Source of the DNA: Piedraia hortae CBS 480.64
Lineage: Eukaryota
DNA length: 64,000 nucleotides
Direction of reading: 5' to 3'
Assembly: GCA_010093745.1 (NCBI GenBank)
Contig: MU005984.1
Coordinates: 1 to 64,000 of the forward strand
In this document: positions 1 to 10,800 of the stretch, one piece after another
Position numbering within the stretch: the stretch's first letter is position 1
Layout: each line of letters starts with the position of its first letter
Position numbers and translations under genes: made by a program
Notes under the pieces: model-generated
Told to the model about the DNA's origin: nothing
Databases searched by the model: none
Seen by the model: only the letters and a program-made list of their open reading frames with translations

Positions 1-109
1 GTTACTAATAATGCGCGTAATATACCGCATATTCACAACACCAAGCCCCGGCCCATCGGGCCCTCCCGCCCTTCCCCGCGTACGATACATTCGCCGAAAA
101 AACTCACCA

Positions 110-1111
110 ATGCCACCACCCGCGAAACTCAAGGAAAGATACAAGTCTATCCAACGCGCAAAAGCAAGCGACCTCGAAACTCTCGAAACCATCGATTGTC
201 AAAACCTCACCAAGTGCAGTCACCTCCTCAAACTCATCCCATCCTCAATACCCAGCGATCTTCCCAAAATATTCTCCGACTTTCTCGACTCCGAAGGGGT
301 ACACCCTCCCTCCGAAACGCCTTCTCCCATTCCAACAGCCTATGAAATCCTCCCCGTCCCAGGTACTCTAGCACCCACCCTCCCACCATAATCTAACCCA
401 GCAGGCCTAGTCATCTACCCATCCATCCTCCCCCCAAAAATCCAAACCACCCTCCTCAACAGTTTGTTACATACTCACCTCTCCAACCCCCTCCACAAAA
501 CAAACCTCCACACGCACCACACTCTCCCCTACCAGGAGAACACCTCGTTCTTCTCCCTCCCATGCCGGACCCCCATCCCCCCTACAAGCCCCGCCCACGC
601 CCCAATAACGACCGAAACCCTCCTCACGAAAAAACTGCGCTGGATGACGCTAGGAGGACAGTATAACTGGACGACGAAACGGTACCCTTCCTCCCCGCCA
701 CCTCAGTTTCCGGAGGAGATAGCCTCCCTCGTGGAGGGCGTGGTACCGGGTGTGAAGGCCGAGGCGGCGATTTGTAATCTCTATTCCGCGGGTGATACGC
801 TGGCGCTGCATAGGGATGTGGCGGAGGAGTGTAATGCGGCGTTGGTGTCGGTCTCGGTTGGGTGTGAGGGGTTATTTGTCGCGGGGCTGGAGGGGGGGGG
901 GGATGATGGTGGTGCGGCGGTGAGGCTGAGGAGTGGGGATGTTGTGGTTATGAGGGATGAGGCGAGATGGGCGTGGCATGGAGTGCCTAAGATTTGTGCG
1001 GGGACGTGTCCTGATACGGTGGCGGAGTGGCCTGGTGAGGGGTTTGGGGGGTATAAAGGCTGGTTAAGGGGGAAGAGGGTGAATTTGAATGTTAGGCAGA
1101 TGTTTAGTTGA
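110..1111 (+). CDS. AlkB-family 2OG-Fe(II) dioxygenase (ALKBH1/Abh1-like); intron about 363-404
   Basis: Motifs KKLRWMTLGGQYNW, LALHRD (HxD), LRSGDVVVM, WAWHGVP and RVNLNVRQ. ORFs 11-391 and 464-1111 are in the same frame and are joined by GTACTC...CTAAC...CAG, which removes the TAA. Confidence 0.9.
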
Positions 1112-1204
1112 TTATGATTATCTAATTAGTGTGGTTGGGATTATTTACTCATGTACTGGGTATCTCTTCGTTAAATCATGGCGTCGTAGATTTGTTGGGT
1201 TATT

Positions 1205-2776
1205 TTAAGGAGTGATGCGCTTCTTGGAGAAGTATTTTGGGTCGTTGATGGGAAGGCGGAAGCGTGGCGGACTTTGATCCAGAGGGAGACGGTAGCGGTG
1301 TGTCATGGCGAGCTTTACGTGGTTATATTCGTCATCGGAGTCTGGGCTGCGCTTGGGAATCTTGGACCTGATGTAGCGGACTAGAGCCCAGATCAGGTAA
1401 CATCCGAGGACGAGGGTGATTGCTGCGAAGATGATGGCAATGTAGCGACAAGCAGAGATCAGAGACGGCCACCATCCATCCAAGAAGCCGCTGATAGATG
1501 TCAGGCTTTGCTCCAGTTGTACCACGCTCTCAGCTACGTCTTCGACCTTTTGAAGAGATATCTCAATCTGCTGGAGACGCATGCTGAGATCGACCATCTG
1601 CTGATTCACCTGTTGAAGCGCTTGCTGCTGGTCGCCGTACCCCTGAGCTGACTGGGCAGCAAGACTGCTGACAACCTCGAGATCGGCTGTCATCTTTTGG
1701 ACGTCTTCTGCGACGATTTTGCGGAAGTGCTGCTCAATGAAAGTGGTTACATCCTGCAAAGTCGCGACATCGGCTGCAGCTTGCTCCATGCCTTTGGTGT
1801 GTTGTTTGACTAGATCAGAGGCCTGGTTTTTGAGCTGGTTGAGAGTGTCAGCCAAGGCAACTTGACTCGTTTCCTGCTCGCGGCGGGCTTCTTCGGCGAA
1901 CGAGTTAATATTGTTGACCTGGGTGAATATGCTCTGCAGCCCATCCTGGACCTTTTTCTCCCAGCGACCCCAAAAGTTCAGCGTCGCCTCATGAACCTTT
2001 TCGCTGGATTTGGTAAGTTCATTGCGTGATTCACGGGCAGCATGGATGAGCTCGTTGTAACTGGCTTTGAGCGCATCCCAGTTTTCTTTTGACTGATTAA
2101 GAGCATCGGCAACGCTTTCAGTGGCCTTGGTAAGGACTTTGAACCTCGAAAGCTCGTGGTCCTTTTCGACCTCGCCGCGCATAGCGTTGCAAATATTAAC
2201 GGCGTTGTGGTAGCTGTTGCTATAGCTGGTCCACGTCTGAGACTCCATGCGAAGCGCAGAGATGCACTGGCCTACGCGCTCCTTGGAAGTTTCCTTGTAT
2301 CCAAGAGGAGCCTGCTGCGCATTGGCTGGCAGAGAGAACAGGGCGGAAAGGATCTTGGTCTTGGGCTGACGCGTGGTCGGAATGAAGACCTCGCATTCAG
2401 TCGGGACTGATTTGCGCACGACATTAAGCTCACAGACGGCCAAGCGCGTGGCATAGACGGTCATTTCTTCGTTGAGGAACGTGTCGATTCCCTTGGACTC
2501 ATCATCGGGGTCGGGCGAGATGCTACCCTCGAGTGTCGAGCAGGAATGGACCAGCGCCGCAGCCGCTACCTTTTGACACGACGGCTGCGACTCAAGATTG
2601 CGGACCGTCTCAAGCGCATGTCGCATGGAAGTTGACAGGCTGCGCTCAAAGTTAACAGCGACGCCGACCTGAGTAGATATTGGCGGAATTATTACCGTCG
2701 CATCCATGTGAGCGCTCGTGGTGGAGAAGGCGATAAGCGCCATAAGGGCGATTACGCGCATGTGAGTGACCGACAT
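1205..2776 (-). CDS. KAR5: Nuclear membrane fusion protein Kar5/Tht1
   Basis: Signal peptide MSVTHMRVIALMALIAF; Cys-rich domain (CQKVAAAALVHSC, ATRLAVCEL, WTSYSNSYHNAVNIC); long coiled coil; C-terminal TM segment. Confidence 0.85.
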   Translation of the reverse strand: MSVTHMRVIALMALIAFSTTSAHMDATVIIPPISTQVGVAVNFERSLSTSMRHALETVRNLESQPSCQKVAAAALVHSCSTLEGSISPDPDDESKGIDTFLNEEMTVYATRLAVCELNVVRKSVPTECEVFIPTTRQPKTKILSALFSLPANAQQAPLGYKETSKERVGQCISALRMESQTWTSYSNSYHNAVNICNAMRGEVEKDHELSRFKVLTKATESVADALNQSKENWDALKASYNELIHAARESRNELTKSSEKVHEATLNFWGRWEKKVQDGLQSIFTQVNNINSFAEEARREQETSQVALADTLNQLKNQASDLVKQHTKGMEQAAADVATLQDVTTFIEQHFRKIVAEDVQKMTADLEVVSSLAAQSAQGYGDQQQALQQVNQQMVDLSMRLQQIEISLQKVEDVAESVVQLEQSLTSISGFLDGWWPSLISACRYIAIIFAAITLVLGCYLIWALVRYIRSKIPKRSPDSDDEYNHVKLAMTHRYRLPLDQSPPRFRLPINDPKYFSKKRITP

Positions 2777-3249
2777 GGCTGTGAGTGACTTCCTTTTCTG
2801 GTCAGGTGGGGTGGTTGTGAGAAATAAGAAAGCTTGCGCCAGACAAAACGTCACGTCACAGACTTCACCAAGGCGGAAAAGCCCCCGTGAGAGCTCTTTA
2901 CCTGGCGCGTGGGAGTTCCAACGGAGTGAAGTGTTGGATCTAGCGCTAGGAACGGCCCGTAGCGGGTACCTGCATTGACAGGTTGTTGCCTCAGGCTGTT
3001 CTCCATCCACCGTCCAAGGGACGTGTATCAATACTAATGCAAGAGAAGCTTTTATGCATTCGAATCTTTTGGATTGTCCAACGATCCGAGAGCTTCCTGA
3101 ATGATTGCCTACCAGCAGCTCAGATAACATCATGATGATCACCAGCGGGCCGATCTGCCGGATGGATCTGCCGGACGAACTGATGGTGGCTTATCATGAT
3201 GTCATGGGTGCCCGTTCAAGTGGTCGAAGTCGATTCGAACTTTTACAAA

Positions 3250-4530
3250 ATGCCTTCTATCAACGAAGTGGTCGAAACATATCGCGCGAATCTTGATCCC
3301 TATCAGGATGTGTACAAACAGATTCACGCAAATCCTGAGCTTTCTCATGTTGAGCATGAGACGTCAGACCTGATCGCCAAGCGTTTAAATGAAATCTGCA
3401 AAGATTTTCATATTTGCGAAAAAGTTGGCGGTACAGGCGTAGTTGCAATTCTCCGCAATGGCTCCGGTAAGACGGTGCTTCTTCGTGCTGATATCGATGC
3501 TCTGCCCATCGTAGAGCGAACCGGTTTACCTTATGCCTCCAAAAAGCGGATGAAAGACTCGGAGGGCATTGAGAAACCGGTCATGCATGCATGTGGCCAT
3601 GACATGCACATTGCCTGTCTTCTTGCTGCGACTGAGCTTTTGGTATCGGCCAAGGATACCTGGTCTGGCACTCTGATCCTCGCCTTCCAACCTGGCGAGG
3701 AGAAGGGCACTGGTGCACAAGCCATGGTTGACGATGGCATGTATTCGGCCGATAAACACATGGTACCAGTGCCAGACGTCTGCTTTGGCGGTCATGTTCT
3801 GGCGAATCGCGCAGGCACGGTTGGGACTCGCAGTGGCCTCATTGCCAATTCTGCCGACAGTATGCGTGTAACTGTGCACGGGCGTGGTGGTCACGCCAGT
3901 ATGCCAAATCACCTAATCGATCCAATAGTCATGGCTTCCTCCATCATCTTGAAGTTGCAGACAATTGTTTCCCGCGAGGTTGACCCGTCCGATTCTGCGG
4001 TTGTGACCGTGGCCTCGATCCAGGCAGGAGATGCAGACAATGTGGTGGTTGATGATGCAGAACTCGCCATTGACGTTCGATGCACAAACGCCGAAACTCG
4101 GAAGAAGGTTAACCAAAGCATCAAACGCATCATCGATGGAGAGTGTCAGGCGAGTAATGCCGTCAAACCTCCCACGTACAGAGTCACACGCACATTTCCG
4201 CTTACCATCAACGACCAAGATACAACGACCCGATTGCAGGAAACTTTTGCGGCGCATTTCGGTGATGAATTCTCTCCCAACTGCGCACGTATGCCGGCAA
4301 GCGAAGATTTCAGCAACTTGGCCACTTGCAATAAAGTGCCTTATTGTTTCTTCATTTATGGAGGAGTTGATCAAGATCTCTACGACAAGGCAGTCAAGGA
4401 CGAGGCTATCTCGGAGAGAATCTCATCAAATCACAGCGCAACGTTTGCGCCAGTCATCATGCCCACCCTGCAGAGGGGCTCAGACTCTTATGCAGTTGCA
4501 GCTCTGACGTATCTCATCAAAGACTCGTAA
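3250..4530 (+). CDS. Peptidase M20D / amidohydrolase (Acy1/hippurate hydrolase-like), intronless
   Basis: Motifs HANPELS, LLRADIDALP, MHACGHD, FQPGEE, GRGGHAS, SEDF and NHS. Confidence 0.92.
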   Translation: MPSINEVVETYRANLDPYQDVYKQIHANPELSHVEHETSDLIAKRLNEICKDFHICEKVGGTGVVAILRNGSGKTVLLRADIDALPIVERTGLPYASKKRMKDSEGIEKPVMHACGHDMHIACLLAATELLVSAKDTWSGTLILAFQPGEEKGTGAQAMVDDGMYSADKHMVPVPDVCFGGHVLANRAGTVGTRSGLIANSADSMRVTVHGRGGHASMPNHLIDPIVMASSIILKLQTIVSREVDPSDSAVVTVASIQAGDADNVVVDDAELAIDVRCTNAETRKKVNQSIKRIIDGECQASNAVKPPTYRVTRTFPLTINDQDTTTRLQETFAAHFGDEFSPNCARMPASEDFSNLATCNKVPYCFFIYGGVDQDLYDKAVKDEAISERISSNHSATFAPVIMPTLQRGSDSYAVAALTYLIKDS

Positions 4531-4965
4531 ATTGTAGATGAAGTCATGGTCCACTTTTCTGCAGTGTTCAGCGCTTGGCGAAACAAGTGGGGCGCTGGAA
4601 ACCGCTAAGCTCAACACAGCTAAGCGCCCTGGTATCAAATCCCCGACGGCCCGACCCGCCTCCAGTTTTGACAAGCGCCTTCCCCACCAAAGCGGGGCAC
4701 TCGACGAACTTGATTGGCGCGCATCGGCGCAAACGCCGGACGTTATCTCAGCGGTTTGCGCCGAGCGAGCGCATGTCATTTTAGAAGGTCCGCCTGGTCC
4801 AACCCATTGTACGCTCGTCTTTCACGATGCTTGTTTGACCGTTCCCTCTTTGTTGCGGGTTCACAAAGGACGTGGAAAATCCATATCCACTCACAAACCC
4901 ACACTCCTTGGGTCAACTTTTATTCGTTTTTTATTCTGTTACCTCAGCTGGACTGAATCTGCACC

Positions 4966-6435
4966 ATGACCATGCACCACTACGGAGATGAAGCTGGCAA
5001 CAGCCAGGACCCACGCAAATGGGCGTACATCACAATCGAAGACTTCCGCGCCACCTCCAACTGGACCGTGCTGGGCTACATTTGGCTATGGATCATGGCC
5101 CTGGCGGCCGTAGCCGTTTATGCCTTGGACACATTTACGGCAGTGAACCTCCTTGTGCTAGACCAGTGGAGCTCACAAGTAAAACCTGCCATCCCGATGA
5201 AGTATACCAAGTGGATATTCGCCGCGTGCATCCTCTTTTCATGGGCCTTGTGCGCATATGAATGGATTCGCGCCATCCGTGTCATACGTCGCGGCGGTGT
5301 GGCAGATTCTTACATGGATTACGTTGCGCGAAACCTGCAATGCATACGACCTGGCGGCTGGAGGAGGTTTCTCGTGTTCGCGGAACTAACAAAGAGCAAG
5401 AAGGGGGTCGACTATATTGCATTTTTTGTCTACTTTGCTTTCACTGGTGCGATACGGATCATACTTGCCGAAGGACCAAGACAGTTTGTCAACGCCATCA
5501 CGCTCTATTCTGTCATGGTTGCCAAGATCGAAGTGCATGGAAAAGCCGTTGGACGCAGCCAGTTTGATCAGTTCTTTTTTAACCTGCAGCAATTAGCGCA
5601 TTCCAATCCCGAGGAGATGCTCATACTCTGTTCGATGCTGTTCACCCTCGTGATCTGGATGTTTTCTATGCTATGCCTGATCGCGGCGGTGATACTGTAT
5701 CTGGTATTCCTCTGGCACTACATTCCGCACAGTGATGCAAGGCTCAAGGTCTACTGCCGCCGAAAAGTCGACAAGAGACTCGAAAGGATCGTACAGGTCA
5801 AGATCAAGACGGCAGTGGAGGAAGACGAGCGCAAAGCCGAGAGACTGGCCAGCAAGCGCGGACACCCTCCCACGTTAAAGAGACAGCCTACTCTACCAGA
5901 AGTGGGAAAGAGTCCAGACTTGCCGACTTGGGACAGCTCGGGAGTTCCGCCGTTACTGAGATCAAACACCTCGACGACAGTTTCAACTCTGCCGCTCTAT
6001 CCAGGAAGGAGCGGTAGCCAGCGCACACTACCAGAGATGCCACGGAACAATGAGCCCCAGCCTGTGCTCTCGCGCAGCGTGACACCGGTGGCAACATCTC
6101 AAATTCCACCACCTGACCCGTTCGAGGTCGCACTCCCACGAAATGTATCGCCAGTGTACCACCCAATGCCTTATGTCCCCTCCGTGCCGGAAAGCTCTGT
6201 TCCAGCACGTCTCACATACGGTAGCCTCCCCAGCCAAAAGGTTTCCTTCAGTCGCCCGGGCACTCGACCTCGTGCCAACACGGGCTACGAGCTTACGACT
6301 TTCAAAAATAACTGCAACCAGCCAGAATTACCAGACTCTCTGCGCATCGGTACCCAGCGAAGCGTTATTCCTCATTCTACAATGCATGACGAGCCGGCCT
6401 TTGCGCCACGCCGTAGCGTGACGTTTGGTTTCTAG
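4966..6435 (+). CDS. KCH1: Kch1/Prm6-family low-affinity K+ transporter (membrane protein)
   Basis: Several TM helices with DTFTAVNLL, FAELTKSKKGVDYIAFFVYF and AEGPRQFVNAITL; Pro/Ser-rich tail. Confidence 0.8.
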   Translation: MTMHHYGDEAGNSQDPRKWAYITIEDFRATSNWTVLGYIWLWIMALAAVAVYALDTFTAVNLLVLDQWSSQVKPAIPMKYTKWIFAACILFSWALCAYEWIRAIRVIRRGGVADSYMDYVARNLQCIRPGGWRRFLVFAELTKSKKGVDYIAFFVYFAFTGAIRIILAEGPRQFVNAITLYSVMVAKIEVHGKAVGRSQFDQFFFNLQQLAHSNPEEMLILCSMLFTLVIWMFSMLCLIAAVILYLVFLWHYIPHSDARLKVYCRRKVDKRLERIVQVKIKTAVEEDERKAERLASKRGHPPTLKRQPTLPEVGKSPDLPTWDSSGVPPLLRSNTSTTVSTLPLYPGRSGSQRTLPEMPRNNEPQPVLSRSVTPVATSQIPPPDPFEVALPRNVSPVYHPMPYVPSVPESSVPARLTYGSLPSQKVSFSRPGTRPRANTGYELTTFKNNCNQPELPDSLRIGTQRSVIPHSTMHDEPAFAPRRSVTFGF

Positions 6436-6841
6436 GCGATAGACTGTACAATACACAAGTAGACATGATCATGATAATGAGCATTTTTAGCATCAATTCC
6501 TGAATCAATCGAGTCCTGGCAGGGTGAGTATTTGAGTCATGTGTTTAGTTCAGCTTGACATCGGATCAATCTCGAGGGGAAATCTTGACTTGTGCGAGCG
6601 GGCCCAAGATTTGCAGACCGACCGTCCCACGATGACGTGGAGTTACCAACCCTTGGCTTGCCTTTGGCGCCTTACATTATCCTTGTAGTCACGCATTCTA
6701 TGGTCAAAGCAAATATAGCGGACGGTGTCAATTGTCAACTTTCAATATAGATTGTCAGGGCTTCAAGATCGACCCTCAAAAAACCACCATACATGCTGTA
6801 TGTACTTTGTTTGGAGGATCTCACCAGACATGAAGATCTGT

Positions 6842-7837
6842 CTATTGCGGGCTCAAATCCAGACCCTTCACGGCCAGTGCAAAGGAATCAATTCTCGCAT
6901 AGCTGCCCGCAACATCCAGATCCAAGCGTCCTCTGACACAATCATCAAAATCCGCATCATAGATGATCAGTTCTTCCTTCTCCCAGACCGGCTCAACTCT
7001 TACATCTCCCCGAGGGCCAATGATACAGCTGCCTCCCCTACAGGCCCAATCGTTCTTGTTTCCTTCATGGCCAATCCACTCTGGCATATCACCCACCTTT
7101 GTAGCCATGTTGGCGGAGAGAACAAAGCATCTTCCCTCAGCGCCCACAGTCCTCATCAAGGGCAGCCAAGTGTCCCTCGCGTCAGCGGTCGGGGCAAGGT
7201 ATAAATTGACATTCTGCATATACAGGCTCTGACGCAGAAGGGGCATCATGTTCTCCCAGCAAATCGCCGCAGCAAGAGTCAGCTTGACCCCTTTAACAGT
7301 CGTGGTCACAGCACGAAGCGTCTCAGGCTGACCCTGGGCCCAGACCAAACGCTCAGCACCAGTCGGCATGACCTTTCTCCTCTTGCCTATACATCCCAGC
7401 TCGGGATCAACATAGACCACAGCGCAGTACAGACTCCCACCGCTACGCTCTACAGCGCCAGTGACGATGAAGACGCCCGTTTCCCGAGCTAGCGCCTCCA
7501 GCCTTTCCCGCGTCCCATCGCCGCGAAATTGCGCACCGTGTGGCACATGATCTAGCCTATTAACCCACTCGTGAACGTGGTTTATAGAGGTATCCCCAAA
7601 GTCAGGACACTGGCGCGCGTATTCCAGATATTGCTCCCGGCCCTCGTCGCTGCGGGAACCGACTACGGCGCCAAAAGCACAGCCTCGGGGGTAGCCGCCC
7701 AGGTAGGCCTCGGGGAAGAGAATCAGATCGACGCCTTTAGATGCAGCTTCGTGTACTATTTTCTCGAGCGCATCGAGCGTCGCTTTCAGTGTCGGCTGCG
7801 TGTGTGTCTGCGAGATGGCGAGCGTGATCTTCGGCAT
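6842..7837 (-). CDS. Nitrilase (carbon-nitrogen hydrolase, Nit1-like)
   Basis: Catalytic Glu-Lys-Cys motifs FPEAYLGGYP, RRKVMPT and AICWEN. Confidence 0.92.
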   Translation of the reverse strand: MPKITLAISQTHTQPTLKATLDALEKIVHEAASKGVDLILFPEAYLGGYPRGCAFGAVVGSRSDEGREQYLEYARQCPDFGDTSINHVHEWVNRLDHVPHGAQFRGDGTRERLEALARETGVFIVTGAVERSGGSLYCAVVYVDPELGCIGKRRKVMPTGAERLVWAQGQPETLRAVTTTVKGVKLTLAAAICWENMMPLLRQSLYMQNVNLYLAPTADARDTWLPLMRTVGAEGRCFVLSANMATKVGDMPEWIGHEGNKNDWACRGGSCIIGPRGDVRVEPVWEKEELIIYDADFDDCVRGRLDLDVAGSYARIDSFALAVKGLDLSPQ

Positions 7838-10800
7838 GGTTGGACGAGATTTTGGTCAGCCATTGACGCCCATTATCCCCATGCATGGCAGCCCAAAGAG
7901 GGAACCCGTGAGCACTGCACGTCTGAACCTTGGCTATATGCCTCTCGGCGCTAATCGAGTCGCGGGAAGTGGTGTGACGTCATAGCACCTGGTGGTGAGG
8001 TGAAGGCAGGGGGGCAACCTTTGAGGTATGTATTGTACCGGTGATTAGACTGCCTAAGCATTCTGTGCTTCATCTTATCATTTTGTGACTCCTCCAACAC
8101 AAAGTTTATTTCACCATTTCTTAAGCTTGACGATATAATCATTCCATGTCTTGTAAAACGTGTATAGACTTGTCATCCCATTCCGTGACCCTATCAACCA
8201 CTAAAAGTTTAGCATTCGTAGACCTCACAACCATATCCGGAAATGGTAATAAAGAACAAGAAAATGTATCAAAGCACCACCCACCAAAGAACAGCCCAAA
8301 CAAAGAAAATGCAGTCCTTAATCCCACCAACTCCCTTACCATCCCACCAACACCCCAAAAATGTCAGTCCAACTCCCCTCAAGAATCCCCATTCCCTCGA
8401 ACTCCAACCTCCCTAAAAGAACCCACATCCCGAACCCACTCCTCTCCGAGCTTCTCTCGAAAGTCACCTTCAAATCCCCCAAACCGGGCATTTAATACTC
8501 ACCGATCTCAACCCCCAAATATGCTAACCCCGCCAAAAACTCCACCTCCCACTCCCCATAAATCCCCATCTCTCTCCTTACCGTATCTCCTTCACCACCG
8601 GCCCGCGCGAATCGCAGTATTTCTCCGTGCACCTCTCCGAGCCATGTACTTCCAACTCTCTCCTCAATATACTCGAATGCAACCATACGATTATTATATC
8701 ACAATCTGAAGGAGGTGTGTTTCACTCCAGGTGGGGGTGAATGACGGGGAGGTTGGTTGTTTGGGATGGGGGGAGGATTGTTGTTGCGGTTAGGGGGGTA
8801 TGGGTTAATGGAGTGGAGGTTTTGGATGGGTTGGAGAGAGAGACGGTTTTGGGGTTGCAGAATTGGGAGAAAGTGTAGGGTTGTAGGGTTCTTTTGGTTG
8901 TAGTTTGGTAGATGGTTCGATGGGCTTGTTGTATCGTTTGTTGCTGTTTGAGGATAGGCTCTTGGTTTGCTCGCTCGCTGAGCTGTTCGTCTGTTTCGTT
9001 CGTCTCTTTGACTGGGCTTGACTCGGCTTATGTGCTGATGGCCACCGTATACAGAGCGGTGTCATCCTCATGTAAATCAGCACCCGAGTCTCATCTGACT
9101 TGACGTCCCTCATGCATGTGAACCCATGTGTTGGTCGCAGTGGACTCGAACCTTGAAGCTGATAGACCATGGCTCTTGGCCTTCTTCAAAGATAGCGCTC
9201 TTCCGTATAGCAAGCCTTCGACCGCCTGCAGCCCGAATGCTGAGTGGCGGATAGAGCCACATCATTCAGTAGATGCGTATGGGCGCCAGCTCGCTGGCAG
9301 TATCCTGCGACCGCTTCATAGCAACGAAAGAGTTCCCTTGAGCCAATGCATCCCGCTAAGCAATCCTCCTAATGCATTTAGATCTTTCCAAGAATCGTAA
9401 GACCCGAAGGGGGAGGCTCACATCTTTCTGGGACTGGCGCATCAAATCCCTTATTCCTGCCGCTGAAGGAAGAAGACATTTGTCTCCCCATCCTCTATGA
9501 AGTCTCTTATCCCTTGCTACCTCTCTATTGCACCTGTCCACCGAGCCCCCGCCCCATGTTGTGATGACAGTTGTGCAGCTGCTCCTCGAGCCGCAGCGCA
9601 ATTCGCTCTCTGTCCTTATGAGGGACGAGACTGCTTGAACCGAGACTAAGAAACGACTCGCCCCCTTCTGCAGTCTTCCTCCGGCCGTAGCGGCATAGCT
9701 GCGTGCCTCCTCGCCCTTTGATCCGCTCTCATTCACGTACAAGTTGCCCGCGGATGGTCATGCAGAAAGGCATTGCTGAGGGACTGTGCCGCTAGAGCTT
9801 GCCATTCGGAGGCTCCAAGGCGAGGTGAGCGTATGTTCGTCCTGTGCGAAGTGGATTTTTATCGGGGTTGGTTGGTTTTTAAGCGGCGGCAGCAACCTCC
9901 TCTGGTGCTGTACGAACCACAAAAGGTTGACTCGGAGAGCGTGAAAAGCTACATATTCAGGAACATGATTTGCTCAAAGGAACTATACATACATACATAC
10001 TGCTGCAGCGCAATGGGGTAAGTGAGTCTTTGCGTGCTGCTGCGGCGCCAGAACAGCCGACGGCAACATGAGGGTCAGCAGGGACAATGTAGACTACGGG
10101 AACAAAGAAACAAGCAGTCATGGAGTCTGTAAGATAAAGACGCCTGGTTCAGACATTGTTCTTTCCGTAGCCTTCTTCCTAACTGTCCTGAGCATCGGTC
10201 CTGCCTTTGCCAGTGCTAGACTACCTAGTCCATGTTTCTTTCTCCTTTTTTAGGCCCCATAAGCGCATCGTGTGGGTAGTTGCTCTACCGTGTCCATGGC
10301 CTGTCCGCCAATCTTCTGAGCCTCCTTCTCCGCCAGTAGAATGTCTGGCTGCGGACATCGCTGAATCAGTGCCTGTCGCTCAAGCGTAGCATAAGGACAT
10401 CGGATGCTGGAGCTAGTTAATAACTGCATACAGCAGCTCCGTTAGCACATACCCAAGTTCCTGACCTTCCTTGGCCTCCCAAGAGGCTAGAATGTCATTG
10501 CTTGCAAGTCAGCGGACTAGGCATCATTGGACCAAGTCCACGGACCTCATAGCAGCGCCAATGGCTTCTAACTGCTGAGCGAGGCTGTTCAAGGGACAAA
10601 ACCCTTCCGCAGCACCTCAAGCTGGCCCAGCTGAGACCGAGTATGACTCAAAGCCCAAGGCATTACATAATACAGGCTAGAAGCTTGCCAAGAAAACGCT
10701 AAGACCAGGGGCATGGGGCCACAAATTGAATTTTCCTCTCACGTCACCACTCGTCCTCACTCCGCCACACCAACCTCCTCTATACCCTTCACGTACCATT

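Noticed and set aside
2777..3142. Upstream in-frame extension of KAR5
   Set aside because: The signal peptide begins at 2776; the extension lies in the divergent promoter.
1205..6435. Mating-type or pheromone cluster (KAR5 near KCH1/PRM6)
   Set aside because: No HMG-box or alpha-box gene, APN2/SLA2 or CAAX pheromone ORF was found; the adjacency is likely coincidental.
6516..6532. U1 snRNA 5' end on the minus strand (ATACTCACCCTG)
   Set aside because: It mismatches ATACTTACCTG and there is no U1-70K loop; it is the complement of a donor-like site.
3250..7837. Horizontally acquired nitrile/amide catabolic cluster (intronless amidohydrolase plus nitrilase)
   Set aside because: Both families are common in fungi, the genes are separated by KCH1, and many genes here lack introns.
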